Made by a program: the position numbers and the translations under genes
Part shown: piece after piece, positions 8,335 to 18,684 of the stretch
How positions within the stretch are numbered: position 1 is the stretch's first letter
Layout of the letters: every line of letters begins with the position of its first letter
The notes under the pieces: model-generated
Seen by the model: the letters and a program-made list of their open reading frames with translations, nothing else
Told to the model about the DNA's origin: nothing
Database searches by the model: none
Assembly: GCA_031553045.1 (NCBI GenBank)
Contig: JAVBLZ010000020.1
Span: 17,473-49,472 of the forward strand
Source: Opitutales bacterium
GTDB lineage: Bacteria; Verrucomicrobiota; Verrucomicrobiia; Opitutales; Intestinicryptomonadaceae
Direction of reading: 5' to 3'
DNA: 32,000 nt

Positions 8335-9113
8335 TAAGATTGCGGAAATTTTGAGGCTTTCACATCTTCCGCAAAACTTAAAAATGCGTCTTTAATTATT
8401 TTGGAACAATCGGTATATTTTTTTGCAAACTTTGGCGTAGAGGGCGATAAGCCCAAGATATCCGTGCAGACAAGAACCTGTCCGGAGCAGTTTAAGCCTG
8501 AGCCTATCCCTATTGTGGGTATGTTTATAGATTCTGTAATTTGCGCTGATAGGGCGGCGTCTGTCATCTCAATGACTATTGCAAATGCGCCGGCATCTTC
8601 CAAAGCTTTTGCATCATTTAGCAAAGAAATTTTTTGCGCATCAGTTTTGCCGAAAGACTTGTAGCCGCCCATCTGCAAAACCTGCTGAGGCATAAGCCCT
8701 ATGTGCCCCACAACTGGTATTCCAGCTTTTGTCAGTGCTGAAATTTTTTGCGCCATGTCTATACCGCCTTCAATTTTTACGGCTTGCGCCCCCGCTTCCT
8801 GTAAAAATTTTGCGGAAATTTTAATTAGTTCATTTACATCTAAAGCTGCAACAGCAAAAGGGATGTCCGCCACAATTAGCGCATTTGGGTTTGCCCTTGC
8901 AACGGCGGCGGTGTGGTGCAACATCATGCTTGCCGACACATTTACCGTGCTTGAAAAACCCAGAAAAGTATTGCCAACAGAGTCTCCAACCAAAATCATA
9001 TCAGCGCCCGCTTCGTCTGCGAGTTTTGCAAATATGGCGTCATAAGCGGTCAGAACCACTATTTTTTCGCCCTTTGATTTTTTTGAAATTATGTCTTTTG
9101 TAGTTATTTTCAT
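8334..9113 (-). CDS. panB: 3-methyl-2-oxobutanoate hydroxymethyltransferase (ketopantoate hydroxymethyltransferase)
   Basis: VLTAYDAIFAKLADEAGADMILVGDSVGN, VKIEGG, PVVGHIGLMPQ and IVIEM are canonical PanB blocks. Confidence 0.9.
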   Translation of the reverse strand: MKITTKDIISKKSKGEKIVVLTAYDAIFAKLADEAGADMILVGDSVGNTFLGFSSTVNVSASMMLHHTAAVARANPNALIVADIPFAVAALDVNELIKISAKFLQEAGAQAVKIEGGIDMAQKISALTKAGIPVVGHIGLMPQQVLQMGGYKSFGKTDAQKISLLNDAKALEDAGAFAIVIEMTDAALSAQITESINIPTIGIGSGLNCSGQVLVCTDILGLSPSTPKFAKKYTDCSKIIKDAFLSFAEDVKASKFPQS

Positions 9114-9146
9114 TTATATTTACGCTTGAATCCAATTGCTGTAAAC

Positions 9147-12100
9147 TTACTTGATTATATTGTTGATGATGTTATTCAACCCCTTTTTTGCGCCAACACT
9201 CAATGCGTCCATCAAATTATTTTGCGGATTATTGAGTGTTCCGTAAACTTCAAAGCTTGGCCCTGCGTAGTAATTTTCAAGCTCGGACTTTGTGGTTGCA
9301 AGCCCCGTAGAGGCGAGGGTCGTACGCATATTACCCTCTTTAACGTACATCTTGACTGGAATATTTATCGTCTGATCCAATATGGATTTATTTGCGTCGT
9401 AGGCAATATTGCCGCTTGCCTTCAAGATAAAGTCTGTCGCAAAAATTTCCGACTTGTTTATGTTTATATTAAAGTCCGTATTGTTGCGTGAAATCTCAAA
9501 ATTCAAAGAGCTAAAATCAAGTTTGGTAAAAAGCATTGTAATATCGCCCAAGCCGCTTAATTCTTTAACTCTGTTGCCCAATATTCCGCCGGCAATTTTC
9601 AAGCCTTGACCCGCCACCGACGCTATTGAACCCTGTGCAGTTTTTTCATCCAACAAGTGCAAAACGCCCTGACCTGAAGATAGGCTTGCGCTTCCATAAA
9701 TGCCGTTTAACAGGTCTTCCATACTGTCGCCAGTGCCGGAAAGATTTGCGTTAACATTCAAGTTGCAAATTATTATGGGCTTGGGGTTGTCGAAGAAATC
9801 TTTGATTGGCAGCTCAGATATTTTTAACGCCGAAGACGCAAGCGTATAACATTTTTTTGCCGACGGATTAAAGGTCAGCTTGCAATCCAACTCTGCGTTC
9901 GCCCCGTGTATTTTGCCCTTTGCAGACTTGATTGAAAACTCATTCTGTAAAATTGATGCGCTTCCGGAAAAGTCCGTAAGCAGGGGTTTTGCAGCCATAA
10001 TTGCGGACGAAATTTTTGCATTTATGTTAATGGGCATCTCAAAATCCCAGAATGCTTTTGTATCTTTTGCTGTGGAAATTTGTGTGGATTTTTCCGTGCC
10101 GTAAACTTTTGCGCTTGGCATTCTGGAAGCCGTGGTCGGGGTGGATTTAGATGCGCTAGCAGGTGAAGCGGGCGTAGGTTTGACTACATCTGCAACGGGA
10201 TTTTTAAAAAGTTTTGAGAGCAGTATAATGTCGTCAATTATCAGTTTTCCTGAAGAAAAATCTGCGGATGAGATTTTGTCTTTTATGAATTTGAGTTTTG
10301 CGTCAGATTGCCCAAGTGCGGAGTTTGAGGAGAAGCTTATGTCTGAATTTATGTTTGAAAAGTCTTCATTAAACTTTGCGTCAATTTCTAAGGCAACTTT
10401 GTCTATTTCGCCCGAGGGCGCTCTTGCAGAGAGCGAGTTTAAATGGCATTTTGCGCTGATTTTATTAGGCGCATAGTCTGCGGAAATTTCGGCATTGCCT
10501 CTTGATACGTTGTCAAAGCCATTAAGCATTTTTTGCGCCAAGATGGCTGGCAATACAGCGCTTGCCTCTAGATGTGCGGAGTTTAGTATGTTTTTGTTTG
10601 AATCAAATACTGCGCTCAAATTCCCTTTAAGATATGTGCCTTTGGAAGAACCGGCATCCAAGCTTTCCAGTTTGAAATTCATCAAGCCTTCTTTTGAGAC
10701 AAGCGCAAATTTTGCCTTTGAATTCAAGTCTTTCCAATAGACTTCAGCGCTGTGTTGATAGCTTATTGAGCGTGTGGAAAAGCTTCCATCCAAAGAAAAG
10801 TCTTTTAAAGCTTGGGCGTAGGGGGCGCTTGTAAAATCAATGTTTGCGCTGAAACTCTCTCCGCTTAAATTTGGCGCAAGTACCGCAATTAACGCTACCG
10901 GAAAATTATCGGCTACCAATTTGCCTTTGAAGTTTTCAAAGTGCAAGTTGAGGAATTCAACCTTGTTTTTAGAGAGCACTTTTGCGTCTAAAACAATATT
11001 TTTTGGCTCATTATTTTCAAGGTTGATAAGGGCGGACACGTTTGCGAATAAACTTTCTTTTTCAAAGGCAAGCGCATTTGGGATTGATTTTATCAGGGGC
11101 GTCAAAGAGCCGTCCAATACAGATTTAATAAGAGTTTTTGCGCCATCAATCTTCACGTCTAAAGCGGCGGAAAGTTTGTCTTCAGTTGGGGTTGACAAAG
11201 ATAAATTCAAATTGCTTAAACCCTTTTCTGAAAGTTTTGCCACGGCTGAAACATCCAAATCAAAATTGCTAAGCGCAAGGTTTTCGGCGGAAGAAACCGT
11301 GATTGCCCTAAGCTGAATTGGCTTAAGCGTTGCAACATAAACTTCATTCACGTTTGGAGTTTTTTCCAATACAAAATCTGCAAATATGTCGTTAAATGAA
11401 ACCGGCAATTTTGAACCCGCAAGCGCATTGATTGTATCTATGGATAAAGCCCTTACGCCGAGTGAAAGCAGTTTGCCATCGGGGAGAGTGTCTAACTTGT
11501 CCAAAGAAAAATTGAGTTCTTTAATCAGGTCTAGGCTGATGTTTGTCTTGCCGCTTTCAATAAGCAGGGCTGATAACTTTTTCACAGAAACATTTTCGGC
11601 GGATTTTGAAACGTCAAACTCCCCCGAAGCCTTTACGCCGGATATCGCCGACAAGCTTGAGTGAAGCTTTGAAAATTCAGAAAAACTGCCGTCAAACTTG
11701 CCCTGCAATGCCAGAGAATTTTTGTGGATGTTGAACGAAAAGTTGGAAAATATTAAAACGGAAAACTTTGGCAAAACCCCTTGCGGCAAAAATTCGGCGA
11801 TGTCCTTATCCTCCGCCTTAAGCTCTAATTTTCCGGCTATTTCCGTATAAGAGTTGTCTAAAAGTGCGTCCACCAAAAACAAATCTTTGCCGTTGTATTT
11901 GCAGGCGGCGCGCAGATTCAGATTCTTGGCGTTGTCGGCTTTTGAGACAGTTGAGGCAAAAGATATTGATTTTTTGTCAGCGCCTTTTTCTTCAAGGCTT
12001 GCAAGCAAATCTAATCTGCCTGATACGGGCAATTTGCCAAGCGGCATATCAAAACCGACCAACTGATTTTTTATCGCAAGCACTTTCCCGTCGGCAAATT

Positions 12101-12611
12101 TTACCGTCAAATCTAAATCTAAATTTTCTATATTAATGGCTATCGGCAGGGCGAACTCAGTTTTTTTGGCTTCTTCAATTTTTACTTCTTGAGGCGCTGA
12201 AGCGCCTGTTTGTGGCAGTGGCGCAGATGGAGATGTTGAAGATACGCCGCCGCTTCCAACAACAGGTGTATCTGACTTTTTAGAAAATTCATATACAGCG
12301 CCTTTAATAGATGCGGTTTTTACATTTAATGCAGAGCCAAAAATCAGATTTGAAAGAGAGTATTCAAGCTCTGCGCTCTCAACATAAAGCTTGTCTGAAT
12401 TTCCCAAAACATAGGCGAGTTTTGAAATTTTGAATGTGGAATTTTTTACATCCACGCTTTGGAACGACGCCTCCGGCGCATAGCTTGCTGCAACTTTTTT
12501 GGCGACATAAGTTTGCAAAGCGGCGTTGAAATACAACACAATAAGCGCAGTAACGCTTAATGACAATATTAGCCCACTTATACCAAGGGCGTATTTGAGA
12601 AATTTTTTCAT
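9147..12611 (-). CDS. AsmA/TamB-like giant envelope protein (N-terminal membrane anchor, repetitive beta-rich body)
   Basis: 1154 aa with a single N-terminal TM (LGISGLILSLSVTALIVLYF). The long Ser/Leu/Lys/Asn-rich body is interrupted by two Pro/Ser/Thr/Ala linkers. The C-terminal segment FEVYGTLNNPQNNLMDAL resembles the AsmA-family C-terminal G-T-L-x-x-P motif. No catalytic motifs seen. Confidence 0.5.
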   Translation of the reverse strand: MKKFLKYALGISGLILSLSVTALIVLYFNAALQTYVAKKVAASYAPEASFQSVDVKNSTFKISKLAYVLGNSDKLYVESAELEYSLSNLIFGSALNVKTASIKGAVYEFSKKSDTPVVGSGGVSSTSPSAPLPQTGASAPQEVKIEEAKKTEFALPIAINIENLDLDLTVKFADGKVLAIKNQLVGFDMPLGKLPVSGRLDLLASLEEKGADKKSISFASTVSKADNAKNLNLRAACKYNGKDLFLVDALLDNSYTEIAGKLELKAEDKDIAEFLPQGVLPKFSVLIFSNFSFNIHKNSLALQGKFDGSFSEFSKLHSSLSAISGVKASGEFDVSKSAENVSVKKLSALLIESGKTNISLDLIKELNFSLDKLDTLPDGKLLSLGVRALSIDTINALAGSKLPVSFNDIFADFVLEKTPNVNEVYVATLKPIQLRAITVSSAENLALSNFDLDVSAVAKLSEKGLSNLNLSLSTPTEDKLSAALDVKIDGAKTLIKSVLDGSLTPLIKSIPNALAFEKESLFANVSALINLENNEPKNIVLDAKVLSKNKVEFLNLHFENFKGKLVADNFPVALIAVLAPNLSGESFSANIDFTSAPYAQALKDFSLDGSFSTRSISYQHSAEVYWKDLNSKAKFALVSKEGLMNFKLESLDAGSSKGTYLKGNLSAVFDSNKNILNSAHLEASAVLPAILAQKMLNGFDNVSRGNAEISADYAPNKISAKCHLNSLSARAPSGEIDKVALEIDAKFNEDFSNINSDISFSSNSALGQSDAKLKFIKDKISSADFSSGKLIIDDIILLSKLFKNPVADVVKPTPASPASASKSTPTTASRMPSAKVYGTEKSTQISTAKDTKAFWDFEMPININAKISSAIMAAKPLLTDFSGSASILQNEFSIKSAKGKIHGANAELDCKLTFNPSAKKCYTLASSALKISELPIKDFFDNPKPIIICNLNVNANLSGTGDSMEDLLNGIYGSASLSSGQGVLHLLDEKTAQGSIASVAGQGLKIAGGILGNRVKELSGLGDITMLFTKLDFSSLNFEISRNNTDFNININKSEIFATDFILKASGNIAYDANKSILDQTINIPVKMYVKEGNMRTTLASTGLATTKSELENYYAGPSFEVYGTLNNPQNNLMDALSVGAKKGLNNIINNIIK

Positions 12612-12615
12612 TTTT

Positions 12616-14154
12616 TTAATGGGTATCTATGGATTTTTTGAATAGCTCTTTTTTGATGAGCACGGTAAGAATCAGATTTTCTCTGAGACCATAAACGCAA
12701 GTTGCCCAGTTTTCATCGTTGATTTTGTCCGCAATAATGTCTTTGCAGGGGTCATCAACAATTATGACATCAAAAGGCTCAAGCGTTGGTGGAGGATTTT
12801 GTTTTGTCCAAAAGCCTTTGTTAACATAGTTGCGCAAAAACCAAGGCATGGGCCAAGGAGAGTTTTGCATATAGATACAAATTGGCATTTGCATTGGGTT
12901 TTCCGTGGTGTAAGAACACTTGTAAATACGGTTTATCAAGTTTTCAAAATCTGGAACCGTATGGACGTAGATGAATGGGTTGCGTGGGTCGCTATTATAG
13001 CGCTTAGAGGCAATTTGCGTACACTTGAATTGCATATAGGCGAAAAATAAGAGCAGCCCCAAAGACGCACATTTAAGGGCGATTTTTTTTGAAGAAAGCA
13101 TTGTTGCCGCCGCATAGCCCGCCAAAAGGCAGATAGGGTACATGATTGAAAGCAAAAGCCAAGGAGTCTTGTAGGGTATGAGGCTTATGAAAAGCAAGTA
13201 CACAAGCGCAAAGCGTGCTATATATCTGAAAAAGTAAGCATATTCATCTTTTTTAACGAAAGAAATTATGATTCCCAAAATTGCCAGAAGCGTTATGTAA
13301 AGCTCCCCAAAATATATCCCTTGGTTTTTTTGAATAAGAAGGAGTTTTATGTAATATAAAAATTCTTTTGTATGCTCGGCGGCGGAAGCTTTGTCGAAAA
13401 AATGGAGGTATGCACCGAAAGCGTCGGTAAGGCCCTTGAAGTTGGAAAAGAATGAGGAATAAAAAGCCAGAAATGGAATCAACGCTGCAAGGAAAACTAA
13501 CCCAAAAGCTTTGGCAAATTTCTTCCAGCCAAAATGCTTTAATCTGGGTATGAATTTTGGCGCAACGGCAATGGCTATTGCAAGAAATGCCAAAATGGAA
13601 GTTTCTTTGGTAGCCTGCGTAAAACCTACAAAGAGCCCCAAAAGCAGAGAATTTGATATGGTGGGCCAATAGGCAAATGAATATGCGCAAACACAAGTTA
13701 ACAATACAAAGAGCGCAAATAGCGGCTCTTGTATGTAATAACAAGAGTATATGGTGCTTAACGTACTTAATGACAGCGCCACGCACGCACAAACCATAGC
13801 AATTATGCCGCCCAAGTCGTAAATGCAGATTATTGCTGCAAGCGTTATTACAAACAAGAACAACAACTGAAGGCGCAGTGTCTTGATGTCTAGCTGGGAA
13901 GGCGCAACGCTTTCAGGTTGGAATGCGTTATAGATATCTTGCGCAAATAAAGAAATGTAATAAAGCGTTGGCCCGTGAGGACCATTGGGGTTGTAGGAAT
14001 ATTTTCCGGATTTATAAAGCTCTACAAATGTGGACGCTTGCTCACTCTCGTCGGCGTGGGCTTGGCGAAGCTCCAGCGTTGTACCCCTAAGAGAAATACA
14101 TACGTAACATATCACTAAGGCTATTGTAATACACAAGTACTTAAAAATTTTCAT
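12616..14154 (-). CDS. GT-C-fold polytopic membrane glycosyltransferase (ArnT/PMT/GT39-like, TIGR03663-like)
   Basis: At least 10 hydrophobic helices. The first external loop, HADESEQASTFVELYKSGKYSYNPNGPHGPTLYY, matches the acidic DE loop and HGP motif I associate with this family, and there is a soluble C-terminal domain. The ORF-track start at 14187 is a TTG overlapping the thioesterase, so I prefer ATG 14154 (MKIFKYL). Confidence 0.5.
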   Translation of the reverse strand: MKIFKYLCITIALVICYVCISLRGTTLELRQAHADESEQASTFVELYKSGKYSYNPNGPHGPTLYYISLFAQDIYNAFQPESVAPSQLDIKTLRLQLLFLFVITLAAIICIYDLGGIIAMVCACVALSLSTLSTIYSCYYIQEPLFALFVLLTCVCAYSFAYWPTISNSLLLGLFVGFTQATKETSILAFLAIAIAVAPKFIPRLKHFGWKKFAKAFGLVFLAALIPFLAFYSSFFSNFKGLTDAFGAYLHFFDKASAAEHTKEFLYYIKLLLIQKNQGIYFGELYITLLAILGIIISFVKKDEYAYFFRYIARFALVYLLFISLIPYKTPWLLLSIMYPICLLAGYAAATMLSSKKIALKCASLGLLLFFAYMQFKCTQIASKRYNSDPRNPFIYVHTVPDFENLINRIYKCSYTTENPMQMPICIYMQNSPWPMPWFLRNYVNKGFWTKQNPPPTLEPFDVIIVDDPCKDIIADKINDENWATCVYGLRENLILTVLIKKELFKKSIDTH

Positions 14155-14158
14155 AGAG

Positions 14159-14581
14159 TTACTTTTCCAAATTTTCTGATTCGTCAAATTTTTTACGCAA
14201 CTGGTTTAAAATTTCTGAAGGAGGCTTAACGGGCACGCCCATTGCATTGACAAAGGCGTGCGACGTTGCACCCCTTGCAAGCTCCGTATTGCCATGCAAG
14301 ATTGAATACTCTATCTTGAGCCTTACGCCGGGTCTTTCTTTGAGGGATGCGATAACCTCCAACCTGTCATCAAATTTTGCACTGGATAAATATTTTATAT
14401 GAGCCTCTAAAACCGGAATGTGGAAACCCATTTGCGTGATTTTTTTATAGGGCAAACCAAGAGAGTCCATAAGGTCTATGCGCGCCGCCTCAAACCAAGG
14501 CAAATAATTTGCGTGGTAAACTATGCCCATGGCGTCTGTTTCCGAAAATCGGACACGGATTTTTGTCTTACTTTGCAGCAT
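14159..14581 (-). CDS. Acyl-CoA thioesterase, YbgC/FadM (4HBT hot-dog) family
   Basis: 140 aa. VRFSETDAMGIVYHANYLPWFEAARIDLM carries the catalytic Asp context of 4HBT class thioesterases. Confidence 0.85.
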   Translation of the reverse strand: MLQSKTKIRVRFSETDAMGIVYHANYLPWFEAARIDLMDSLGLPYKKITQMGFHIPVLEAHIKYLSSAKFDDRLEVIASLKERPGVRLKIEYSILHGNTELARGATSHAFVNAMGVPVKPPSEILNQLRKKFDESENLEK

Positions 14582-14582
14582 A

Positions 14583-15836
14583 TCAGATTTCGTCGGCTAT
14601 GATTTGTTCAAGCGTTTGGACGCCTCTGATTAGTTTGAGCTCGCCATCTGCCAAAAGCATGATTTCAGGCGAGGCTGGATACGAATTATAATTCTTTGTA
14701 GCCATAGAGCTACAATATGCGCCGGCACCGTCTATCACGCAATAGTCGCCAATGTGGGCTACCTTCATGAGGCGGGGCGAAAGGCCCTCTGGGTCGGAAG
14801 GCGCAGGGGTGAGGATGTCTCCACTCTCGCAGCAGTGCCCTGCAACAACATAGTTTTGCGTACCTTCATGAGGTTTTTTTTGTACGACACTTATTGGATG
14901 CTGCGCACCATAAATTGAAGGGCGCAAGATGTCCGTCATACCAGTATCAACTTTCAGAAAATTATAACCTTCTTTACCTGTGTCGCAAATATCTTGTATC
15001 TTGGAAATCACGCTTGCGCAGTTTGCCAAAAGAAATGTACCGGGCTCAATTTCAAAATGAAGTTTTCTGCCAGTTTCTTCGGCAAATTTTTCTATTTCAG
15101 AAGCAATGGGCAGCCCCACGGTTTGCAAATCTGTCGAGACCTCGTTAGGCATTCTTGCAACCTTGAAACCGCCGCCCATATTGAGTATCGTAACATCCTT
15201 AAATTGACGGACATTATCCAAACTCATTTTTGCGACCTTCTGCCACACCAGAGGGTCTGAACCAGAGCCTATATGCGTGTGTATGCGTATGATTTTAAGC
15301 TTATATTTTTCCGCAATTTGAAGCACCTGCGGGATGTATTCATGCCAAATCCCGAAAGACGAAGCTGGCCCACCCACGTTAGTGCGGTTTGTGCCGCCCG
15401 AACCCAAGCCCGGATTAAGTCTCACGCCAACTTGCGTGTTCGGCAACGCCTTGCCGAATTCTTCAAGCTGATGCAGGCTGCAAGCGTTAAAGTGTATCCC
15501 AAGCGCCATAAGTTCCGCAATATCGTCCGGCATCTGTTGAGAGGAAAGAGAGATTTTTTCGGCGGGGACGCCAGCCATAATGGCGCGCTTAACTTCAAAA
15601 GCGCTGGAAGCGTCTATATGCAGACCTAAATCATTAAAGAGCTTCAAGATATTTTTGTTTGAAGAAGCCTTCATGGCGTAGCGGACTGTCAGACCAAATG
15701 CGTTTGGAAAAGCCAAGGCAAGATTTGCCTGTTTTACAAGTGCCTCTTGGCTATATACGTAGCATGGGGTCGAGAATTTTTCGGCTATTGCAAAAACTTG
15801 ATTGGGGGTTAAAAATCGTGGCTCGGCTATGTTCAT
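14583..15836 (-). CDS. lysA: Diaminopimelate decarboxylase
   Basis: YAMKASSN (PLP Lys), [22 protein letters not shown] and GHCCESGD are fold-type III decarboxylase motifs in LysA-like order. Start taken at ATG 15836 (MNIAEPRFL). Confidence 0.85.
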   Translation of the reverse strand: MNIAEPRFLTPNQVFAIAEKFSTPCYVYSQEALVKQANLALAFPNAFGLTVRYAMKASSNKNILKLFNDLGLHIDASSAFEVKRAIMAGVPAEKISLSSQQMPDDIAELMALGIHFNACSLHQLEEFGKALPNTQVGVRLNPGLGSGGTNRTNVGGPASSFGIWHEYIPQVLQIAEKYKLKIIRIHTHIGSGSDPLVWQKVAKMSLDNVRQFKDVTILNMGGGFKVARMPNEVSTDLQTVGLPIASEIEKFAEETGRKLHFEIEPGTFLLANCASVISKIQDICDTGKEGYNFLKVDTGMTDILRPSIYGAQHPISVVQKKPHEGTQNYVVAGHCCESGDILTPAPSDPEGLSPRLMKVAHIGDYCVIDGAGAYCSSMATKNYNSYPASPEIMLLADGELKLIRGVQTLEQIIADEI

Positions 15837-15864
15837 AAATGAAAAAAGTATGTACAAAATGATG

Positions 15865-17577
15865 CTATTTGTCAATGAATTCTAGTATAATTTCTTTGGT
15901 GAGTATTGTGGGTAAGAGCAAACCTTTAGGATTGTTTTTTGAGTATATTACATACAAGGGCACTCCGCTTCTGCCAAATTTTTGCAGTTCATTATAAATT
16001 GCATCATCTTTATTTGTCCAATCGGCGGTGAGGAGAATTATATTTTTATTCTTAAAGACTTCCTCAACATCTTTGGAGTAAAGAGCGATTTTATTTGCCT
16101 GACAAGTCAAACACCAAGCGGCGGTAAAATCTACAAAGACGGTTTTACCTTCGGCAAGCAGACTTTCCTGCTTTTGCAAAGACCAGCTAAACTCAGAGTC
16201 TGCTTTTAAAATATCTGCAATGGGGGAACTTGCCGCCTTGTATCCTACATAAAAAGCTGACGCACAAAGTGTGAAAAATAAAATTAAGGCGAGGCTCTTA
16301 AATTTGCCCTCATAATAGATTGAGCAAAACTTCCCGAATATCCAAAGGGCGAGAGCCAAAATTATTGCGCTAAAAAGCAATAGCAGTGTTGCCTCACAAT
16401 TCCTCTGCAAAAAGAATATCCAAACAAGCCAGAAAACCGCCAGCCAAATCGGTATTGAAAGAGCCTGCTTTAAAGTCTGCATCCACCTGCCCGGCTTGGG
16501 CAGTTTTGAGATGAGTTTGGGATTTATTGAAAGCAAAATGTACGGGAACGCCAAACCCAATGCCAAAGCGGTAAATATTGCAAATGTCAGTATGAAAGAG
16601 GTGTTGCCTGTCAAAGCCGTTCCCACCGCAACGCCCATAAAAGGCGCAGTGCAAGGGCTTGCGACAATCACCGCCAAGACGCCGGAAAATAAAGCCTCAA
16701 AATATACTCCGCGTTTTTGCGCCAAAAGTACGCCGGAGCTCTTGCCTGATATGGATACGCCCACTTCAAATACACCCAACAAATTCAAGGCTATCGCGGT
16801 GAATATCAATGCCAATCCCGCCACAAAAATAGGATTTTGCAACTGGAAACCCCAACCCAAAGATTGCCCTGCGTCTTTAAAAACAAGCAGTATTGCGGCA
16901 AGCAGCCAGAAACTCAGCATAATCCCCAATGTATAGAGCGCCGCAAGTGTCAGAGATTTTTTGAAGCTGTTGCCCGCATTCTTTGTAAAACTCAAGATTT
17001 TCAGCGCCAATACGGGGAATACGCAGGGCATCAAATTTAAAATTATTCCACCCAGAAACGCCATTCCTATCAGGGCAAAAAATCCCAAGTTTTCCTCCGT
17101 ATTTGCGGAAGAAATCTTTGCGGGCATTAAAAGCGTAAGGATTTTTTCATTGGGTATGCAGACATCTTTACATTCCAACCAAGAAAGTTTTAAATCAAAG
17201 GCATATTCTGCCGCACTTAAGTTGTTTGGCGTTTTAAATTTAATTTTTATTTGTGCGGAATCTTTATACCCCTTGTATGTTACGCCATTTTCGGTGAAAT
17301 CTTGCGGCGTGCTCCAAGTTTCAGACACGCTTACAAAGCCTTGGGGCGGTGTTAGTTTTAAGGTTGTCGGCAAGCCTGTATCGGGGGCGGTTTTATAGTA
17401 GATATGCCAAGCGGGGGCGATTTTTATATCCACAAAAATTTCATACTCTTTGCTTGCCTCCAAAATTTGTGTTTGCGCAGTTGCGGAAACCTCAACGTTT
17501 GGCGTCTTGGCTTCAAGCGGGGCAAAACCAAAAATGACGCCAAAAAACGACAAAAGAAATATTTTAAAAATTTGCAT
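15865..17577 (-). CDS. dsbD: Thiol:disulfide interchange protein DsbD (three-domain)
   Basis: Signal peptide [24 protein letters not shown]-terminal DsbD-alpha-like domain ([12 protein letters not shown]). Central CcdA-type TM core with [11 protein letters not shown] and [10 protein letters not shown]-terminal thioredoxin fold with WCLTCQ (CxxC). The ORF-track version (to 18183) adds 202 codons antisense to mreB, which I reject. Confidence 0.9.
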   Translation of the reverse strand: MQIFKIFLLSFFGVIFGFAPLEAKTPNVEVSATAQTQILEASKEYEIFVDIKIAPAWHIYYKTAPDTGLPTTLKLTPPQGFVSVSETWSTPQDFTENGVTYKGYKDSAQIKIKFKTPNNLSAAEYAFDLKLSWLECKDVCIPNEKILTLLMPAKISSANTEENLGFFALIGMAFLGGIILNLMPCVFPVLALKILSFTKNAGNSFKKSLTLAALYTLGIMLSFWLLAAILLVFKDAGQSLGWGFQLQNPIFVAGLALIFTAIALNLLGVFEVGVSISGKSSGVLLAQKRGVYFEALFSGVLAVIVASPCTAPFMGVAVGTALTGNTSFILTFAIFTALALGLAFPYILLSINPKLISKLPKPGRWMQTLKQALSIPIWLAVFWLVWIFFLQRNCEATLLLLFSAIILALALWIFGKFCSIYYEGKFKSLALILFFTLCASAFYVGYKAASSPIADILKADSEFSWSLQKQESLLAEGKTVFVDFTAAWCLTCQANKIALYSKDVEEVFKNKNIILLTADWTNKDDAIYNELQKFGRSGVPLYVIYSKNNPKGLLLPTILTKEIILEFIDK

Positions 17578-17659
17578 ATTTACATATTCTAAATTTGTTG
17601 ACAAACCGTCAAATAATAAAGACTCTAAAAGGACATATTCTAACAGGAGCAAATTTTCA

Positions 17660-18676
17660 ATGTCAGGCTTTTTAAACAGTTTAATTTCAAACGATATAGG
17701 CATAGACCTTGGCACGGCGAATACCTTGGTCTTTGCCAAAGACAAAGGCGTAATTATGAGCGAACCCAGCGTGGTAGCCGTAAATAGCGTTACAAAAAAA
17801 GTCATAGCCGTTGGTAAAAAAGCCAAAGAGATGTTGGGCAAGACTCCCGGCAAGATAACAGCTCTGCGCCCCATGAAAGAAGGCGTGATTGCGGACTTTG
17901 AAATCACCGAAACCATGCTCAGATATTTTATCGAGAAGGCAAGCAGCCATCTTAAATTTGCGCCAAGGGTTGTAATAGCCGTACCTTCGGGCATTACAGA
18001 GGTTGAGCGCAGGGCGGTAAAAGAATCGGCAATCAGGGCTGGCGCTAGGATAGTGTATCTTTTAGACGAGCCTTTGGCGGCCGCAATAGGCGTTGGGTTG
18101 CCAACTCTAGACCCTATCGCAAGCATGGTTGTTGACATAGGCGGCGGCACAACTGAAATTGCAATCATATCTTTGGGAGACATTGTTTACGCAAAGAGTC
18201 TGCGCATAGGCGGCGACGAAATTGACAACGCAATAGCCCAATACATGAAGCGCGCTTACAATCTCATGATTGGTGAAAGAACTTCTGAACAAATTAAAAT
18301 CAAGATAGGTTCAGCCTTTGCTTTGGACGAAGAAATGACGATGGAAGTCAAGGGCAGGGACAGTGTTGCGGGGCTTCCCAAAACGCTGACCATAACTTCT
18401 CAGGAAGTGCGTGAGGCGCTTGATGATACTTTCAATCAAATTACAGACGCAATTAAAGAAACTTTGGAGCATTGCCCTCCGGAACTTGCGGCAGACTTGG
18501 TTGACAGGGGCATTGTTCTTGCTGGCGGCGGCGGTCTTATACGCAACTTGAATTTGCGCATTTCAGACGCAACGGGGCTGCCGTGTTTTACTTCTGACGA
18601 CCCTTTGCGTGCGGTTGCAAACGGCACGGGTGTTGTCCTTCAAAACATACATCTTTGGGAATCTATAAGCAGCTAG
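17660..18676 (+). CDS. mreB: Rod shape-determining actin homologue MreB
   Basis: DIGIDLGTANTLVF, ITALRPMKEGVIADF, VIAVPSGITEVERRAV, VVDIGGGTTEIAIISLG and LAGGGGLIRNL are canonical MreB blocks. AGGAG at 17645-17649 lies 10 nt upstream of ATG 17660. Confidence 0.95.
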   Translation: MSGFLNSLISNDIGIDLGTANTLVFAKDKGVIMSEPSVVAVNSVTKKVIAVGKKAKEMLGKTPGKITALRPMKEGVIADFEITETMLRYFIEKASSHLKFAPRVVIAVPSGITEVERRAVKESAIRAGARIVYLLDEPLAAAIGVGLPTLDPIASMVVDIGGGTTEIAIISLGDIVYAKSLRIGGDEIDNAIAQYMKRAYNLMIGERTSEQIKIKIGSAFALDEEMTMEVKGRDSVAGLPKTLTITSQEVREALDDTFNQITDAIKETLEHCPPELAADLVDRGIVLAGGGGLIRNLNLRISDATGLPCFTSDDPLRAVANGTGVVLQNIHLWESISS

Positions 18677-18684
18677 GATTTTGA

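Noticed and set aside
9409-12136. A series of plus-strand ORFs (66-158 aa), all in the same frame, antisense to the AsmA-like gene.
   Set aside because: They are interrupted by stops and low-complexity (Ser/Phe/Ala/Leu-rich), and they lie opposite a long, coherent minus-strand gene. This is the usual compositional shadow-frame effect, not an overlapping gene.
13253-13792. A 179-aa same-strand alternative-frame ORF inside the GT-C gene, plus several 60-130-aa ORFs antisense to glnN (1335-2068).
   Set aside because: They are embedded in well-supported longer genes, Cys/Arg-rich or low-complexity, and have no motifs. They are spurious.
15865-18183. A 772-aa minus-strand ORF that looks like a giant fusion overlapping mreB.
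   Set aside because: Only the part from ATG 17577 (signal peptide MQIFKIFLL...) is DsbD. The upstream 202 codons are merely stop-free antisense sequence of the strongly supported mreB gene and have no protein-like motifs.
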